Part shown: one piece after another, positions 1 through 14,715 of the stretch
How the letters are laid out: the number at the start of each line of letters is the position of its first letter
How positions within the stretch are numbered: position 1 is the first letter of the stretch
DNA from: Octopus vulgaris
Lineage: Eukaryota
Assembly (NCBI GenBank): GCA_951406725.2
Contig: OX597814.1
Span: forward strand, 62,310,001-62,374,000
Length of the DNA stretch: 64,000 bases
Direction: 5' to 3'
Translations under genes and position numbers: made by a program
Notes under the pieces: generated by a model
Told to the model about the DNA's origin: nothing
The model's database searches: none
Seen by the model: only the letters and a program-made list of their open reading frames with translations

Positions 1-312
1 CTCAGAAGAGCCAGCTCACTCTACCATCTTTAAGAAATTAACATATTGTATAATGCAGTCTCTGATATACAGAAAGTGTGGAGTGGTAATAGCTTGACCA
101 CCACTTGATCGTAGGTTATCTACACAATCAGTGCTAACCTGGGACTAATCAACAATTATTTGCTAACACTCAATAGGTTGTCTACATAGTATTCTTGTTT
201 TGTCCATCAGAATTACTTTATTTATTCAAACTGATTTAAAAATTGCTGACAAAGAAGAACAAAAAAAAAAAAGCATTTATTAGGGTTAACTATTTTCTAT
301 TTTGCTCTTTAG

Positions 313-380
313 ATGCTGCTGGACGACCTGATCATTGGAAGCCTGGGAAAAAGAAAGATTTTTCCTGTTCTGATCGATTG
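313..380 (+). CDS. PNKP: PNKP exon, 68 nt (phosphatase, DAAGRPDHWKPGKKKDFSCSDRL)
   Basis: ctctttag acceptor, gtgagt donor; matches the PNKP GDAAGR...KKDFS..DR motif. Confidence 0.95.
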
Positions 381-777
381 GTGAGTTATAGTTAATTATT
401 TTATTCCTACAACCTAGCATACATTATCTTTTCTGAGTGCTTTATGGCAGGGTTGAACACAGAACCACATGATTAAAAATGAACTTTTTGATCAAACAGC
501 TATGTCTGCACCTATTCATCTACTGGATTAAGTCTGGAACCATGCGGTTGTAAACATGGTTATTCGTGAATCTGTGTGTGTGTAGTATAAAAGTACATCC
601 AGCTGTCACTTGCAAGCAGATAGGGCTTGGTAGCATGTACCATGCATATTTTTCTGTTGAACTGCTATTGGTAATGAAATTTTTGCAATAGGAATGAATA
701 TTACCAAAATTATTTTTCCAGTTTTCTGTTTGATATATGTGTATCTGTGTGTGTATGTGTGAACATGATGATATATA

Positions 778-808
<31 letters not shown>

Positions 809-810
<2 letters not shown>

Positions 811-1130
811 CATCATCATCATTTAACATCCACCTCCCATGCTGGCATGGGTTGGATAGTTTGACACAAGCTGGCCAGGAAGAAGACTACATCAGGTTAC
901 TGTGTCTGTTTTGGCATGGTTTTTATGACTGGATGCCCTTCCTAACACCAACCACCTCGCAGAGTGGACTGATTGCTTTTTACGTGGCACCAGCACATGC
1001 GAGGTCAGTTTTGGCATGGTATTTATAGCTAGACGCCTATCAAATGCCAACCGCTTCACAATTTGGACTGGATGTCTTTTATGTGGCACCAGCACTGGCA
1101 GGGTCACCAAGTAACTTGCAAGACAAGAAA
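809..1130 (-). mobile_element. Diverged RTE LINE 3' tail fragment
   Basis: (CAT)n tail next to (TA)n, catgctggcatgggttgga and ggatgcccttcctaac motifs shared with the full-length RTE 3' UTR. Confidence 0.75.
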
Positions 1131-1609
1131 TATTGAGAGAGGAAGGAGCATTAGAGGAGGTGATCTTGTGTCAGATGATGAAAGGTTAGAGTGTGTCAGA
1201 AACAGAAACAGGTGTTTTGCTACAGAGGAGGTACATGGTTACCTAACCAGAGAGAGAGAGAGAGAGAGACCTAATTAGAAAGAGGATAGAAACAGGTGTG
1301 CTGATGTAAAGGAGATACTTGGTTACCTAGCCATAGAGAAGAGCAACAGAGGGAAAGAGAAAGTGATTAAGAATGAGGAGGCCTGACTCATCGTTATTGG
1401 TTTGCAGCTTCAGTTCCCGGACTGGGCAGCACATTGTGTTCTTTGAACAAACCACTCCACACAGCTGTAAATGAGTGCCAGCCACTGCTTGTGCAACTGT
1501 CACATTCTGGATACTTCAGTGGGTCAAATGTGAGAAAGACCAAGAAAGTGTCTACATCAACCTGCAACTACATAAACACTTAAAACAATTACATAACACA
1601 ATTACACTT

Positions 1610-1820
1610 ATTTCTTTATTGCCCACAAGGGGCTAAACATAGAGGGGACAAACAAGGACAGACAAAAGGATTAAGTCGATTACATTGACCCCAGTGCATA
1701 ACTGGTTCTTAATTTATCAACCCCGAAAGGATGAAAGGCAAAGTTGACCTTGGTGGAATTTGAACTCAAAACATAATGGCAGACGAAATACCGCTAGGCA
1801 TTTTGCCCAGCGTGCTAACA
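1610..1820 (-). mobile_element. tRNA-like SINE, family B
   Basis: Reverse complement carries gagttcaaattcc (B-box-like) and gcctttcatcctttcgggg core; related copies near 2800-2965(-), 33940-34140(+), 43535-43680(+), 59308-59482(+). Confidence 0.8.
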
Positions 1821-2450
1821 CTTAAAGCCACTTCATGGTTTCGTTTAATGGTAATGTTTTCTAGTGTTTAGAGTTAATGTTATGCCAAGATAATTTGCTA
1901 TGGTTAAGTTCATATATATGGATATGGATGATTTTAGGTCAGACTCTTTGAAAGTATTTATTAGGTTTTTTCTAAATTTATCTTATTTATCTTCATCTGT
2001 AATTTGGGAGATGTTTAGTCTGTTGTCCCTGTATAGACACAAATGGATTTCTTGGATATTTTACTTATTTCTCCAAGGATATATTGAAGAGGCTATCATT
2101 TTCTGTGTGTTTATTTTTATTTTATTTTATACCCAGGATAAGTTTTCTGGAATGGGAGGGACATTCTTGCATGCATAATTATGTTCATTTTTTTTGTTTG
2201 TTTACTGATGGAAATGAATCTTTTAGCAAAATCTAGAGTTAGATTTTTTTTAAAGAATAATGTCTTTGACAATTGCTAATTAATAGGTAACTCAACATAA
2301 ATACCTGCATTTAGAATATTAAGAATGACTTTGAAATAATCTCTTATATCAACATCTATATAGATTCATATCTGTTTTGTGCTATGGTATTGTTGTATCA
2401 TTAACATATTGTATATCAAGTACTGACATTTTTCATTTGATCTTTATCAG

Positions 2451-2543
2451 TTTGCCATTAATATCAATGTAAAGTTTTATACACCAGAAGAATATTTTTT
2501 ATCAGCAGAAGTTGCACCTTTCAATATGCCTGATTTTGACCCA
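2451..2543 (+). CDS. PNKP: PNKP exon, 93 nt (FAININVKFYTPEEYFLSAEVAPFNMPDFDP)
   Basis: tttatcag acceptor, gtaagt donor; conserved FA.N....F.TPEE.FL motif; phase 0-0. Confidence 0.95.
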
Positions 2544-3364
2544 GTAAGTACTTTTTCCTAAACCATTTCTTTTTTCTTTGTTTATTTTTCTTATTCTTTA
2601 AAACAAAAATATTCTTCCCTAAATCTATGGTTTCTTTTATTATTAACTAAAATGAAAAATAAATGTATTGTTAAGAATTTCAATTAGCAGCTATATGGGT
2701 TTTGTGTTCAGTCCTGCTCCATAGCACTTTGGGCAAGTGTCCTCTACAAGAACAATAGGTTGGCCAATGCTTTGGGAGTGGATTTGGTAGACAGAAACTA
2801 TGGTTTGGCACAAGGCTAGCAATTTCAGAGGAGGGTGTAAGTCAAGTACATCAACCCCAGTACTCATCTGGTACTTATTTTATTGACCCCCGAAAGGATA
2901 AAAGGCAAAATCAACCTTGGTAGAATTTGAACTCAGAATGTAAAAATGGATGAAATGCTGCCAAGTATTCTTTTCCATGCTTGTATAAACTAGTCAGACT
3001 CTTTGAGGTAGATATTCTATGGCTAGATATCCTTCCTGCTGTTTAACCTCACTTGTTTCCAAGAATGTTTTCACTGAAGATTGGAAATGAATAACTTGGT
3101 TGATGAATTATTGCTTAATGTCAAGACATGAATGCACACACATGCACAAACTCACACACATGCATACACATGCACAAACTCACACACATGCATACACACA
3201 CCACTCTCACCCACCCACAGTTTCAGTTTCTGTTTACCAACTCTATTTTCTCAAGGCACAACACAGTAGGACTGTATCTGAAACCATGTTCTTAAGAAGT
3301 GAACTTCTTAACCATATAGCCATGCTTGTGCTCATACACACACACACTCACACACACACATATT

Positions 3365-4611
3365 TTGGGTTGTCCAGAAAGTTCGTGCTGATTTATAGTA
3401 GCTTACCTTTCGACTTATTTTAGAACATGGTTGAGTCCATGAAATAGGATTTGACTACATCTCCATTTAGAGCACAGTTTAAGCTATCTTTTCGTGGAAG
3501 AAGGTTTATGTTCCTATAACCTGTGTTAATTCTGTAACCTTTTAAAATGGAAGATAAGAAAGATCATTTTCGGCACTTGATGCTTTTCTTTTTCCGTAAA
3601 GGGAAAAATACCTCACATGCAACCAAAGAAATATGCTCAGTTTATAGTGATGTTTCTTTATCCGAAAGAACTGTACGGGAATGGTTCGCAAGGTTCCGAG
3701 CTAGAGATTGTAGCCTTATTGATAAAGAACGATCAGGCAGACCATCCACTTATGAAGTCATTAATTAAGAATTACCCACATTGCATAACCCGAGAATTGG
3801 CAGAAAGCCTCAACCTATCAAAATCCGTCTTTCATGAGCCCCTTTTAAGGCTTGGGTACATAAATCGCTACGATGTATGGGTACCATATGAGTTGAGTGA
3901 GAAGAACTTTTTGGATTTCCATCTGTGATTCACTTTATAAATGGAATGAAAACATGCCTTTTTTTAAAGCAAATTGTGACAGGTGATGAGAAATGGATTA
4001 TCTACCGAAATGTTCAGAGAAAGCGATCCTGGAGTAAGCGACATGAGCCACCTTTAGCCACCCCAAAAGTGGGTCTTTACCCTAAAAAAGTCTTGCTTTA
4101 TGTCTGGTGGGATTGGAAAGAAATTCTGTACTATGAGCTTCTCCCAAGTAACCAGACAATTAATTCTGAGAAATACTGCACACAACTGGGCGAGTTAAAA
4201 GCAGCAATTCAAGAGAAATGTCCAGAATTGGCCAACAGGGTGTTGTTTTCCAACATGATAATGCGAGACTGCACGTTTCTTTGGGAACCAGACAAAAATT
4301 ACTGTAGCTTGGCTGGGATGTGTTACCCCACTCTCCATATTCACCAGATATTGCTCCTTCGGATTTCCACTTATTCAGGTTTCTGCAGAATAGTCTTAAT
4401 GGTAAAAATTTCAATTCCTTGGATGACGTAAAAAGATACCTTTGCCATGAAACCACCTCAAGTCTTGGAAGAGGGTATTTTCAAGTTAAAGGAAAGATGG
4501 AGACGCCTTGTGCAACAAAATGGTTCATATTTGATTGCTTAAAAATGTAATAGCAAGTATTTATTGACTTTTTTCTTTCCTTTAAAAATCAGCACGAACT
4601 TTCTGGACAAC

Positions 4612-4615
<4 letters not shown>
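3365..4615 (+). mobile_element. Full-length decayed mariner transposon (DD34D type)
   Basis: 30-bp TIRs ttgggttgtccagaaagttcgtgctgattt at both ends, TA on the right; about 1.25 kb. Confidence 0.95.
3547..4550 (+). pseudogene. Frameshifted mariner transposase
   Basis: HTH with RSGRP, WVPYEL, IVTGDEKW, QHDNAR and YSPDIAPSDFHLF motifs split over four ORFs. Confidence 0.93.
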
Positions 4616-4661
<46 letters not shown>

Positions 4662-4664
<3 letters not shown>

Positions 4665-4894
4665 GGTTAGCCAAAAGTCATCTGACAGTAAATCAAAATT
4701 CCATGAATACTTAATATTCAGTTTTATTTATTCATTTGGAAAAATGGTGTTGCTCAAGAAGGACTTCAGTTTGAACAATTTTCATGATGTTTCGTATTTA
4801 GATACTTTTATGAAATTCATTCAATTGTTAAACATAAATAAATCTTGGAATTAAATGGTTTTGATTTACTATCAGGTGACTTTTGGCCAACCTG
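4662..4894. mobile_element. Tc1/mariner-type MITE, 233 bp
   Basis: Imperfect TIRs of about 37 bp (cagggttagccaaaagtcatctgacagtaaatcaaaa), TA on both sides. Confidence 0.85.
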
Positions 4895-6020
4895 TATATA
4901 TGTATATGATAGGCACAAGCATTGCTGTGTGGTAAGAGGTTTGCTTCCCAGCCATATGGCTCTGGGCTCTATCGTATCCAAAATGGAGATGAACACCATT
5001 CCTCCATATGATTGGCTTGAAAAATTAAGACATTAAGATATATTCTTAACATGAAACCAATAGAAACCTTAATACACAAATAAAGAAATTTTACCCCCAA
5101 TGTGGTGTTGAGCACTCATTCTCATTGTTTGACAAACATTATCAATGTCATATACTTAATGTTCGTGCATTGCTAATTGCCTTTATGCTGTAGTATTTTG
5201 TCTAGTGAAAGTCCTTTTAAAGATGCTCACTTCTGAAGTAATTTGTTTTGTTTAGCTTTGAAGTATACTGTGTTTTTTGATACTCTGTTTCTTTAAAGGT
5301 AACTTCTTGGAAGGAAATACTACAACCTAAAAGTGTTTAATAACACACATACATTAAGTATGTGAAGCTGATAATTATCGAGCTGCTTTTAACAAAAAAA
5401 TTTGAATATACACAGACAGACACACACACACACACACACACACACATGCATGCACACACACACACGCATGCACACTCACACACAATTATATATAATTTTG
5501 AATATGTATATAATCTTGTACATATACATGTATATATATTTATGTTATATACTCACACGTGCTTATATATATGCATATATGTATACATGTATACACACAC
5601 ACAAACACATGTATATATAATCATCATTTAATGTCTATTTTTCATGGTGGCATGGAAAGGATTGTGTGACAGGATCAAGTGAGCATTAGCATAGTTTCTG
5701 TGGATGGATACCCTTCATAATGTCAACCTCCATGCTACTGGCACAAATGAGGTCACTAAATAACTGGTGTACACACACATGTATATACATATATGCATAA
5801 TGCTCAGAGTTAAATTCTGATTTGAGACAAAACTACATGTTGACGAGATAAAATATTAAGTAACATCAATCAAACCTTGTTAGTTTTACCATAAGTAAAG
5901 GTATTTCTAAAGAAAGAGCAGACAACTAAAATTCACCATATCTTACATGGAAACAATTATACATTTGAAAGAAGTTCATTTAACCGGATAATAATTTGTT
6001 ACTTTTTATAAATTTTTCAG

Positions 6021-6086
6021 CGGAGAATTTTGGCATCCACGCCACTTACAAATCCACCTAAATCTTTAACAACCAAAAAGCAAGAG
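6021..6086 (+). CDS. PNKP: PNKP exon, 66 nt (linker RRILASTPLTNPPKSLTTKKQE)
   Basis: tttttcag acceptor, gtaaat donor; phase 0-0; fits the phosphatase-kinase linker. Confidence 0.8.
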
Positions 6087-6374
6087 GTAAATTGTTATGG
6101 CATTTATTTTACTTTACATCCTTCTGGTGTCAAAATATATTTAATACTTTGTCAAACAATTGCTAATATCTGTAGACATAACTAGATATTAAGAAATTAT
6201 AATGGTCTTTTTTTGTACAAGAAAGATATTTTATAGAAGAAAGTATAATATTCATTGCTTGCATGGTTCTAAAAAGAATTAGTGATGTAAAAATTATGTA
6301 GCAACACCATATGGTGGAGCCATGGCAAAGCCACAATTTGGGAGCTGAAACTAGTGAAGAAAAAAATATATGTG

Positions 6375-6414
<40 letters not shown>

Positions 6415-6424
6415 TGTGTGTGTA

Positions 6425-7234
6425 TTGCGCTGGTATGGTCATGTGGCGAGAATGGATGAGAGTAGCTGTGTGAAAAAGTGACACACCCTAGCGGTTGAGG
6501 GAACCTGTGGAAGAGGTTGACCCAGGAAGACCAGGGATGAGGTGGTAAAGCATGACCTTTGAACATTAGGCCTCACCGAGGCAATGACTAGTGACTGAGA
6601 CCTTCGGAAATATGCAGTGCATGAGAAGACCCGGCAAGCCAAGTGAGACCATAACCTGGGGTCTATGCCAGGGGTGTAACCAGCCCACTTATGCGTACTT
6701 TTCCTTCATTGGACACTAAACTCTGATTGTGAAGACCTGTTGAGGCAAGTGAAATTGAAATCAAAACAAATTTGAAAATTCGATGACTGGCACCCATACC
6801 AGTAGAGCACTAAGAGCACCATCCAACTGTGATTGCTGCCAGAGCAGCTGACTGGCTTCTGTGCCGGTGGCATGTAAAAAGCACCATTCAAACGTGATCG
6901 TTACCAGCGTTGCTTTACTGGCAGTTGTGCGATTGGCACGTGAAAAACATTTGAGTGAGGTTGTTTCCAGTGCCGCTGGACTGGCTCCTGTGCAGTGGCA
7001 CGTAAAAAACACCACTTGAGTGTGGCTGTTGCCAGTACTGCCTGACTGGCCCTTGTGCCAGTGGCATGTAAAAGCACACACTACACTCTTGGAATGGTTG
7101 GCGTTAGGAAGGACATCCAGCTGTAGAAACCGCCAGATCAAATTGGAGCCTGGTGCAGCCATCTGGTTCGCCAGTTCTCAGTCAAATCGTCCAATCCATG
7201 CTCGCATGGAAAGCGGATGTTAAACAACAATGAT
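6425..7234 (+). mobile_element. 5'-truncated RTE LINE (ORF C-terminus plus 3' UTR)
   Basis: LRWYGHVARMDE remnant, approx. 58-bp 3' UTR repeats, gttaggaaggacatccagc motif, GAT-type tail. Confidence 0.88.
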
Positions 7235-7246
7235 ATGTGTATGTAT

Positions 7247-7957
<711 letters not shown>

Positions 7958-8965
7958 ATCATCATCATCATCATCATCATTTAACGTCCGCTTTCCATGC
8001 TAGCATGGGTTGGACGGTTCAACTGGGGTCTGGGGAGCCCGAAGGCTGCACCAGGCCAGTCAGATCTGGCAGTGTTTCTACAGCTGGATGCCCTTCCTAA
8101 CGCCAACCACTCCGAGAGTGTAGTGGGTGATTTTATGTGCCACCGACACAGGTGCCAGACGAGGCTGGCGAACGGCCACGCTCGGATGGTGTTTTTATGT
8201 GCCACCGACACAGGTGCCAGACGAGGCTGGCGAACGGCCACGCTCGGATGGTGTTTCTTACGTGCCCACAGCACGGAGGCCAGTCGATGCGGTACTGGCT
8301 ACGGCCACGTTCGGATGGTTTTCTTGTGTGCCACCGGCACTGGTACCACAAAGATACAAATTCCATTGATGTTCATCTATTTTGATTTGATTTGATTTGA
8401 TTTTCACTTGCCTCAACAGGTCTTCACAAGTGTCACAAGAAGGAAGGAAGGTATGCACAGGTGAACTGACAACGTCCCAGGTAGGGGCCACGGGTTATGG
8501 CCTGACTAGTCTTGCCGGGTCTTCGGATGATGTTTTTATGTGCCTCCGACACAGGTGCCAGATGGATGGTGTTTGTTACGTGCCCACAGCACGGAGGCCA
8601 GTCGATGCGGTACTGGCTACGGCCACGTTCGGATGGTTTTCTTGTGTGCCACCGGCACTGGTACCACAAAGATACAAATTCCATTGATGTTCATCTATTT
8701 TGATTTGATTTGATTTGATTTGATTTGATCACTTGTCTCAACAGGACTTCACAAGTGTCACAAGAAGGAAGGTATGCACAGGTGGACTGACTACGTCCCA
8801 GGTAGAGGCCACGGGTTATGGCCTGACTAGTCTTGCCGGGTCTTCGGATGGTGTTTTTATGTGCCACCGACACAGGTGCCAGATGAGGCTGGCGAACGGC
8901 CACGATCGGATGGTGTTTGTTATGAGCCCACAGCACAGAGGCCAGTCGATGCGGTACTGGCTACG

Positions 8966-8968
<3 letters not shown>
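7958..8968 (-). mobile_element. RTE 3' UTR-only copy with internal tandem duplication (about 310 bp)
   Basis: (CAT)n tail, conserved 3' motif, 59-bp repeats; the block around 8245-8560 recurs around 8565-8880. Confidence 0.88.
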
Positions 8969-9012
<44 letters not shown>

Positions 9013-9121
9013 GTATATGTATGTATGTATGTATATGTATGTATATGTATGTATGTATATGTATGTGTATATGTATGTATATATATGTATGTATATGTAT
9101 GTATATGTATGTATATATATG

Positions 9122-9180
<59 letters not shown>

Positions 9181-9229
9181 ATGTATGTATGTATATATAT
9201 ATGTCTATCTATCTATCTATATATATGTA

Positions 9230-10410
9230 CTAGCTGGTGTACCCGGTAATTCCTGGGGGTAAAGATTTTTTATTAAAACGCCTTGTTACTCTGATATAAG
9301 AAAGCAATTTTGTTATAATTGCCACAAAAGGTGTATTTTCCATTCACGGGAAAGTACAAAAAACAGTCAGCTGGATGAGGGAGAGATTGTTGGAGGTTGG
9401 CCAAAGAGGTTTTTGGAGGTTGGTAAGAAAGATTGTTGGAGGTTGGTGACAAAGTTTGTCGGAGGTTGGAGAGTGGCAAAGACTTTATTCTGCTTAGCGA
9501 AGGCATCTGGGAAATGTATAACTGCTGTCATTCACAGAAAGACTATTGTTATACCATGAGAAAAAGAACTGTTGAAGTGTTAAGTGAAATTTGGCAATCA
9601 AGGATCGAATTCACGCTATGCTTGCATGAAGCCACCACAAATATGTTGTGGAATAAAAAATTTATCTACTGTCATGGAAAATGTGTAACTGTAAAAATGC
9701 AGAATTATTGGCGTAATGGGTATTCAAAAACGTATGTACGTATATAAATGTATGAATGAAGTCTTTAATGTTTTAGATTCAAATTAAGGAAGTGCAATGG
9801 TGTTTAGCAATTCAAGATTGTGAGTAGTGAAATGCAGAATTAGGTTGGCTGATGGTGAGAATCATATATTGATCGCTTCACTGAAATCTGTAGGTGGTAT
9901 GGGTTATTTCCCTTGGGTTGTTTAAATAAAATATTAGTAATATGTATTAGATAGAAGGATCCATCGGAAGGGCCCTATTATCGAGTTTTTTGAACAGTCA
10001 AAGTATATCACAAGGTTTTCAGACATGAGTTCTATTGACATGTCAAATAAAGTATAAAAGTGATATTGTCTGCAAAAATTAGAAATAGGACACATAAAAA
10101 AATCAATATTCGAAGTAATCAAACATAAACAATGAAATGGGTTATTTCTTTTGAGTGTTTTGATAAAAATATTGTACAACTGCTATGGGTTATTTCCTTG
10201 GGTCTTTAAAAAAAATAGTTATATGAGGTAGATATAAAGGTCCCTTCTAGGGGCTGTATTCTCGAGTTTTTCAACAATCTAAGTATGTCATGAGGTTTCC
10301 AGACACGAGTTCTACTCACGTGTCAAGATTCATCAAAATCAATAAAACGATGTTGGAGGAGTTTGCTAACAACGCCAGAAACACATACCACATATGTAGT
10401 ATATATATGT
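9230..10410 (-). mobile_element. Non-autonomous Helitron-like element
   Basis: Minus strand ends with a GC hairpin (cccaggaattaccggg) then CTAG-T; the other end has a ttcatcaaaatc motif followed by a TA microsatellite; internal sub-repeats. Confidence 0.6.
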
Positions 10411-10479
10411 GTGTGTGTCATCGTGTATATATGTGTATGTATATATATATGTATATACATACATATATATACTTGCATA

Positions 10480-13151
10480 CATCATCATCATCATCGTTTA
10501 ACGTCCGTTCTCCATGCTAGCATGGGTTGGACGGTTCGACCGGGGTTCTGGGGAGCCAGAAGGCTGCACCAGGCTCCAGTCTAATCTGGCAATGTTTCTA
10601 CAGCTGGATGCCCTTCCTAACGCCAACCACTCCGTGAGTGTAGTGGGTGCTTTTTACGTGCCACCTGCACAGGTACCAGGCGAGGCTGGCAACGGCCACG
10701 GTCAGATTGGTGTATTTTATGTGCCACCGGCACGGAAGCCAGTCGAGGCGGTGCTGGCATCGGCCACGAGTCGGATAGTGCTTTTTACGTACCACCAGAC
10801 CAGGGATCCTGGCTGGTTCAATTCGATTTCGATTTCGCTTGCCCTAACATGTCTTCACATGCAAAGGGGGTTGGCATGGGTGCCTGTCGTACGGTCGCAT
10901 TGGAGTATTTTACGTGCCACGGCCACGAGTCGGATAGTGCTTTTACGTACCACCAGACCAGGGATCCTGGCTGGTTCAATTCGATTTCGATTTCGCTTGC
11001 CCCAACATGTCTTCACAAGCAAAGGGGGTTGGCATGGGTGCCTGTCGTACGGTCGCATTGGAGCATTTTACGTGCCACGGCCACGAGTCGGATAGTGCTT
11101 TTTACGTACCACCAGGCCAGGGATCCTGGCTGGTTCAATTCGGTTTCGATTTCGATTTCGCTTGCCCCAACATGTCTTCGCAAGCATGGGGGGTTGGCAT
11201 GGGTGTCTGTCGTCGGATGAGGTTCTATATCGACTTCGCTTGCCTCAACAGGTCTTTGTGTCCAAGGGAGGAAAGGCATTCATAAGTGGGCTGGGCACAC
11301 TTGTCCTGCCTGGTCTTCTCACGTACAGAATATTTCCAAAGGTCTCGGTCGCTGGTCATTTCCTCAGTGAGGCCTAAAGTTCGAAGGTCGTGCTTCACCA
11401 CCTCGTCCCAGGTTTTCCTGGGTCTACCTCTTCCACGGGTTCCGTCAACTGCTAGGGATTGGCACTTTCTCACACACCTATCTTCATCCATTCTCGCCAC
11501 ATGACCATACCAGCGCAATCGTCTCTCTTGCACACCACAACTGATGCTTCTTAGGTACAACATTTCTCTCAAGGTGCTAACGCTCTGTCGAGTATGTACA
11601 CTGACATTACACATCCAACGGAGCATACTGGCTTCATTCCTCACGAGCTTACGCATGTCCTCAGCAGTCACGGCCCATGTTTCGCTGCCATGTAGCATGG
11701 CTGTTCGTACACACGCATCATACAGTCTGCCTTTTACTCTGAGCAAGAGGCCTTTAGTCACCAGCAGAGGTAAGAGCTCCCTAAACTTTGCCCAGGCTAT
11801 TCTTATTCTAGCAGTTACACTTTCAGCGCACCCACCCCCACTACTGACTTGGTCACCTAGATAACGGAAGCTATCAACTACTTCTAGTTTTTCCCCCTGG
11901 AAAGTGACGGAAGTTGTTTTCTGCAGATTTTCGGAGGTTAATGCTCCCGAGCATCTGCCACATACAAAAACTATCTTCCCAGTTAGCCTACCTTTGACAT
12001 TGCTGCACCTCTTATGTGTCCATAGCTTACACTGGGTACATCTTATAGAGTTTCTACCTACACCTTTTCTACAGATTGAGCAGGGCCATCTTCCTGAAGA
12101 CATTTGTGGATTGTCTACCTTCCTATTTATTAGTACTTTGGTTTTAGCTAGGTTGACTCTAAGGCCCCTTGATTCTAAACCCTCCTTCCACACCTGGAAC
12201 TTCTCCTCCAGTTCTGATAGTGACTCAGCAATAAGAGCAAGGTCGTCAGTGTAGAGGAGCTCCCAGGGACAGCCTGTCTTGAATTCCTCCGTAATTGCCT
12301 GGAGTACTATGATAAATAGGAGGGGGCTGAGTACTGAACCCTGGTGGACCACAACCTCTACTTTGAATTCTTCTGTGTAACATGTTGCCAACCCTAACCT
12401 TACTTACGGCATCTCTGTACATGGCTTGCACAGTCCTCACCAGCCATTCATCTATCCCTAGTTTCCTCATTGACCACCAGATAAGGGATCGGGGGACCCT
12501 ATCAAAAGCTTTCTCCATGTCAACGAAAGCCAGGTACAGGGGCTTATCTTTGGCTAGGTATTTCTCCTGCAGCTGCCTTACCAGGAATATAGCATCAGTG
12601 GTACTTTTCCCTGGCACGAACCCAAACTGCATCTCATCTAAACTAACTCTCTCTCTAATTAGTTGGGCTATGACCCTCTCCGTAACCTTCATTACTTGAT
12701 CCAACAGCTTGATACCTCTGTAATTATTTGTATCTAGGGCATCACCTTTACCTTTGTAGCAGTTGACTAGTATGCTGCTGCACCAGTCATTGGGTATGAC
12801 TCCTTCGTGTATCACCTGGTTGACTATACGGGTGACTAGGTTATAGCCGACACTGCCAGATATTTTGAGCATCTCTGCAGTAATTCCTGATGGGCCTGGG
12901 GCTTTCCCTGTCTTCATTCTTCTAATTGCCTTAGCTACCACGGAACTATCAACTCGGATAGCTGGTCCCTCTGTAGGGTCAACATTCGGCAGACTCTCTT
13001 TATCCCATTCATTTTCCTCATTCAGCAACCTTTCATAGTGGCGTCTCCAAGCTTCTCTCTTTGCATCCTCATTTAGCGCAAGTGAACCATCCTCCATGCG
13101 AACACATTTCTCTCCTACCACATCACGATTCTCTCTCACACACTGTCTTGC

Positions 13152-13153
<2 letters not shown>
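10480..13153 (-). mobile_element. 5'-truncated RTE LINE with frameshifted RT
   Basis: Two ORFs ([19 protein letters not shown] and [15 protein letters not shown]-like finger..RLRWYGHV) joined by a 1-nt frameshift near 12380; (CAT)n tail. Confidence 0.95.
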
Positions 13154-13198
<45 letters not shown>

Positions 13199-13258
13199 AT
13201 ATATAAACATATATATATATACATATATATATATATACACATATACACACATATATAC

Positions 13259-13291
<33 letters not shown>

Positions 13292-13434
13292 CATGCATAC
13301 ATATATATACACACACATATATATATACATACATATATATATATTTATATATATATATATATTTATACATGCATACATATATATACACACATATATACAT
13401 ATATATATGCACATATATACACACATATACATAT

Positions 13435-13853
13435 ATCATCATCATCATCGTTTAATGTCCGCTTTCTATGCTAGCATGGGTTGGACGGTTCAACTGGGGT
13501 CTGGGAAGCCCGAAGGCTGCACCAGGCCAGTCAGATCTGGCAGTGTTTCTACAGCTGGATGCCCTTCCTAACGCCAACCACTCCATGGGTGTAGTGGGTG
13601 CTTTTTATGTGCCACTGACACAGGTATCAGACGAGGCTGGCGAACAGCTATGCTCGGATGGTGTTTTTTTTGTGCTACCGACACAGGTGCCAGACGAGGC
13701 TGGCGAACGGCCACGCTCGGATGGTGTTTTTTACATGCCACCGGCATGGAGGCCAGGCGAGGCTGGCACGGCCACGATCGGATGGTGTTTGTTACGTGCC
13801 CACAGCACGGAGGCCAGTCGATGCGGTACTGGCTATGGCCACGTTTGGATGAT
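13435..13853 (-). mobile_element. RTE 3' UTR-only copy
   Basis: Near-identical to 7958-8320; flanked by microsatellite. Confidence 0.88.
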
Positions 13854-13888
13854 ACATACAAATATATATATATATATATACATACATG

Positions 13889-13919
<31 letters not shown>

Positions 13920-14044
13920 GTATATATATGTGTATATATATATATGTGTGTATATATATATGTGTGTATATATATATGTGTGTATATATATATGTGTGTA
14001 TATATATATATATATGTGTATATATATATGTGTATGTATATATA

Positions 14045-14089
<45 letters not shown>

Positions 14090-14330
14090 ATGTATATGTA
14101 TGTATATGTATGTATGTATATATATGTATCTATATGTATGTATATATATGTATGTATATGTATATATATATATGTATATATATGTGTATATATATGTATA
14201 TATATATATATACATGTATATATATGTGTATATATATGTATATATATATATATATACATGTATGCATATGTGTGTATATATATGTATATATATATATATA
14301 CATGTATGTATATGTGTGTGTATATATATG

Positions 14331-14361
<31 letters not shown>

Positions 14362-14546
14362 ATATGTGTGTGTATATATATATATATATATATGTATGTA
14401 TATGTGTGTGTATATATATGTATATATATATATATACATGTATGTATATGTGTGTATATATATGTATATATATATATATACATGTATGTATATGTGTGTA
14501 TATATATGTATATATATATATATATATACATGTATGTATATGTGTG

Positions 14547-14579
<33 letters not shown>

Positions 14580-14600
14580 GTGTGTGTGTATGTATATGTG

Positions 14601-14639
<39 letters not shown>

Positions 14640-14715
14640 GTGTGTGTATGTATATATATGTATGTATATATATATATGTATGTATATATATTATGCATAT
14701 ATGTATATATATATA

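Noticed and set aside
13153-13448. N-terminal extension of the 400-aa RT ORF
   Set aside because: Read-through into flanking microsatellite; the LINE is truncated at about 13153.
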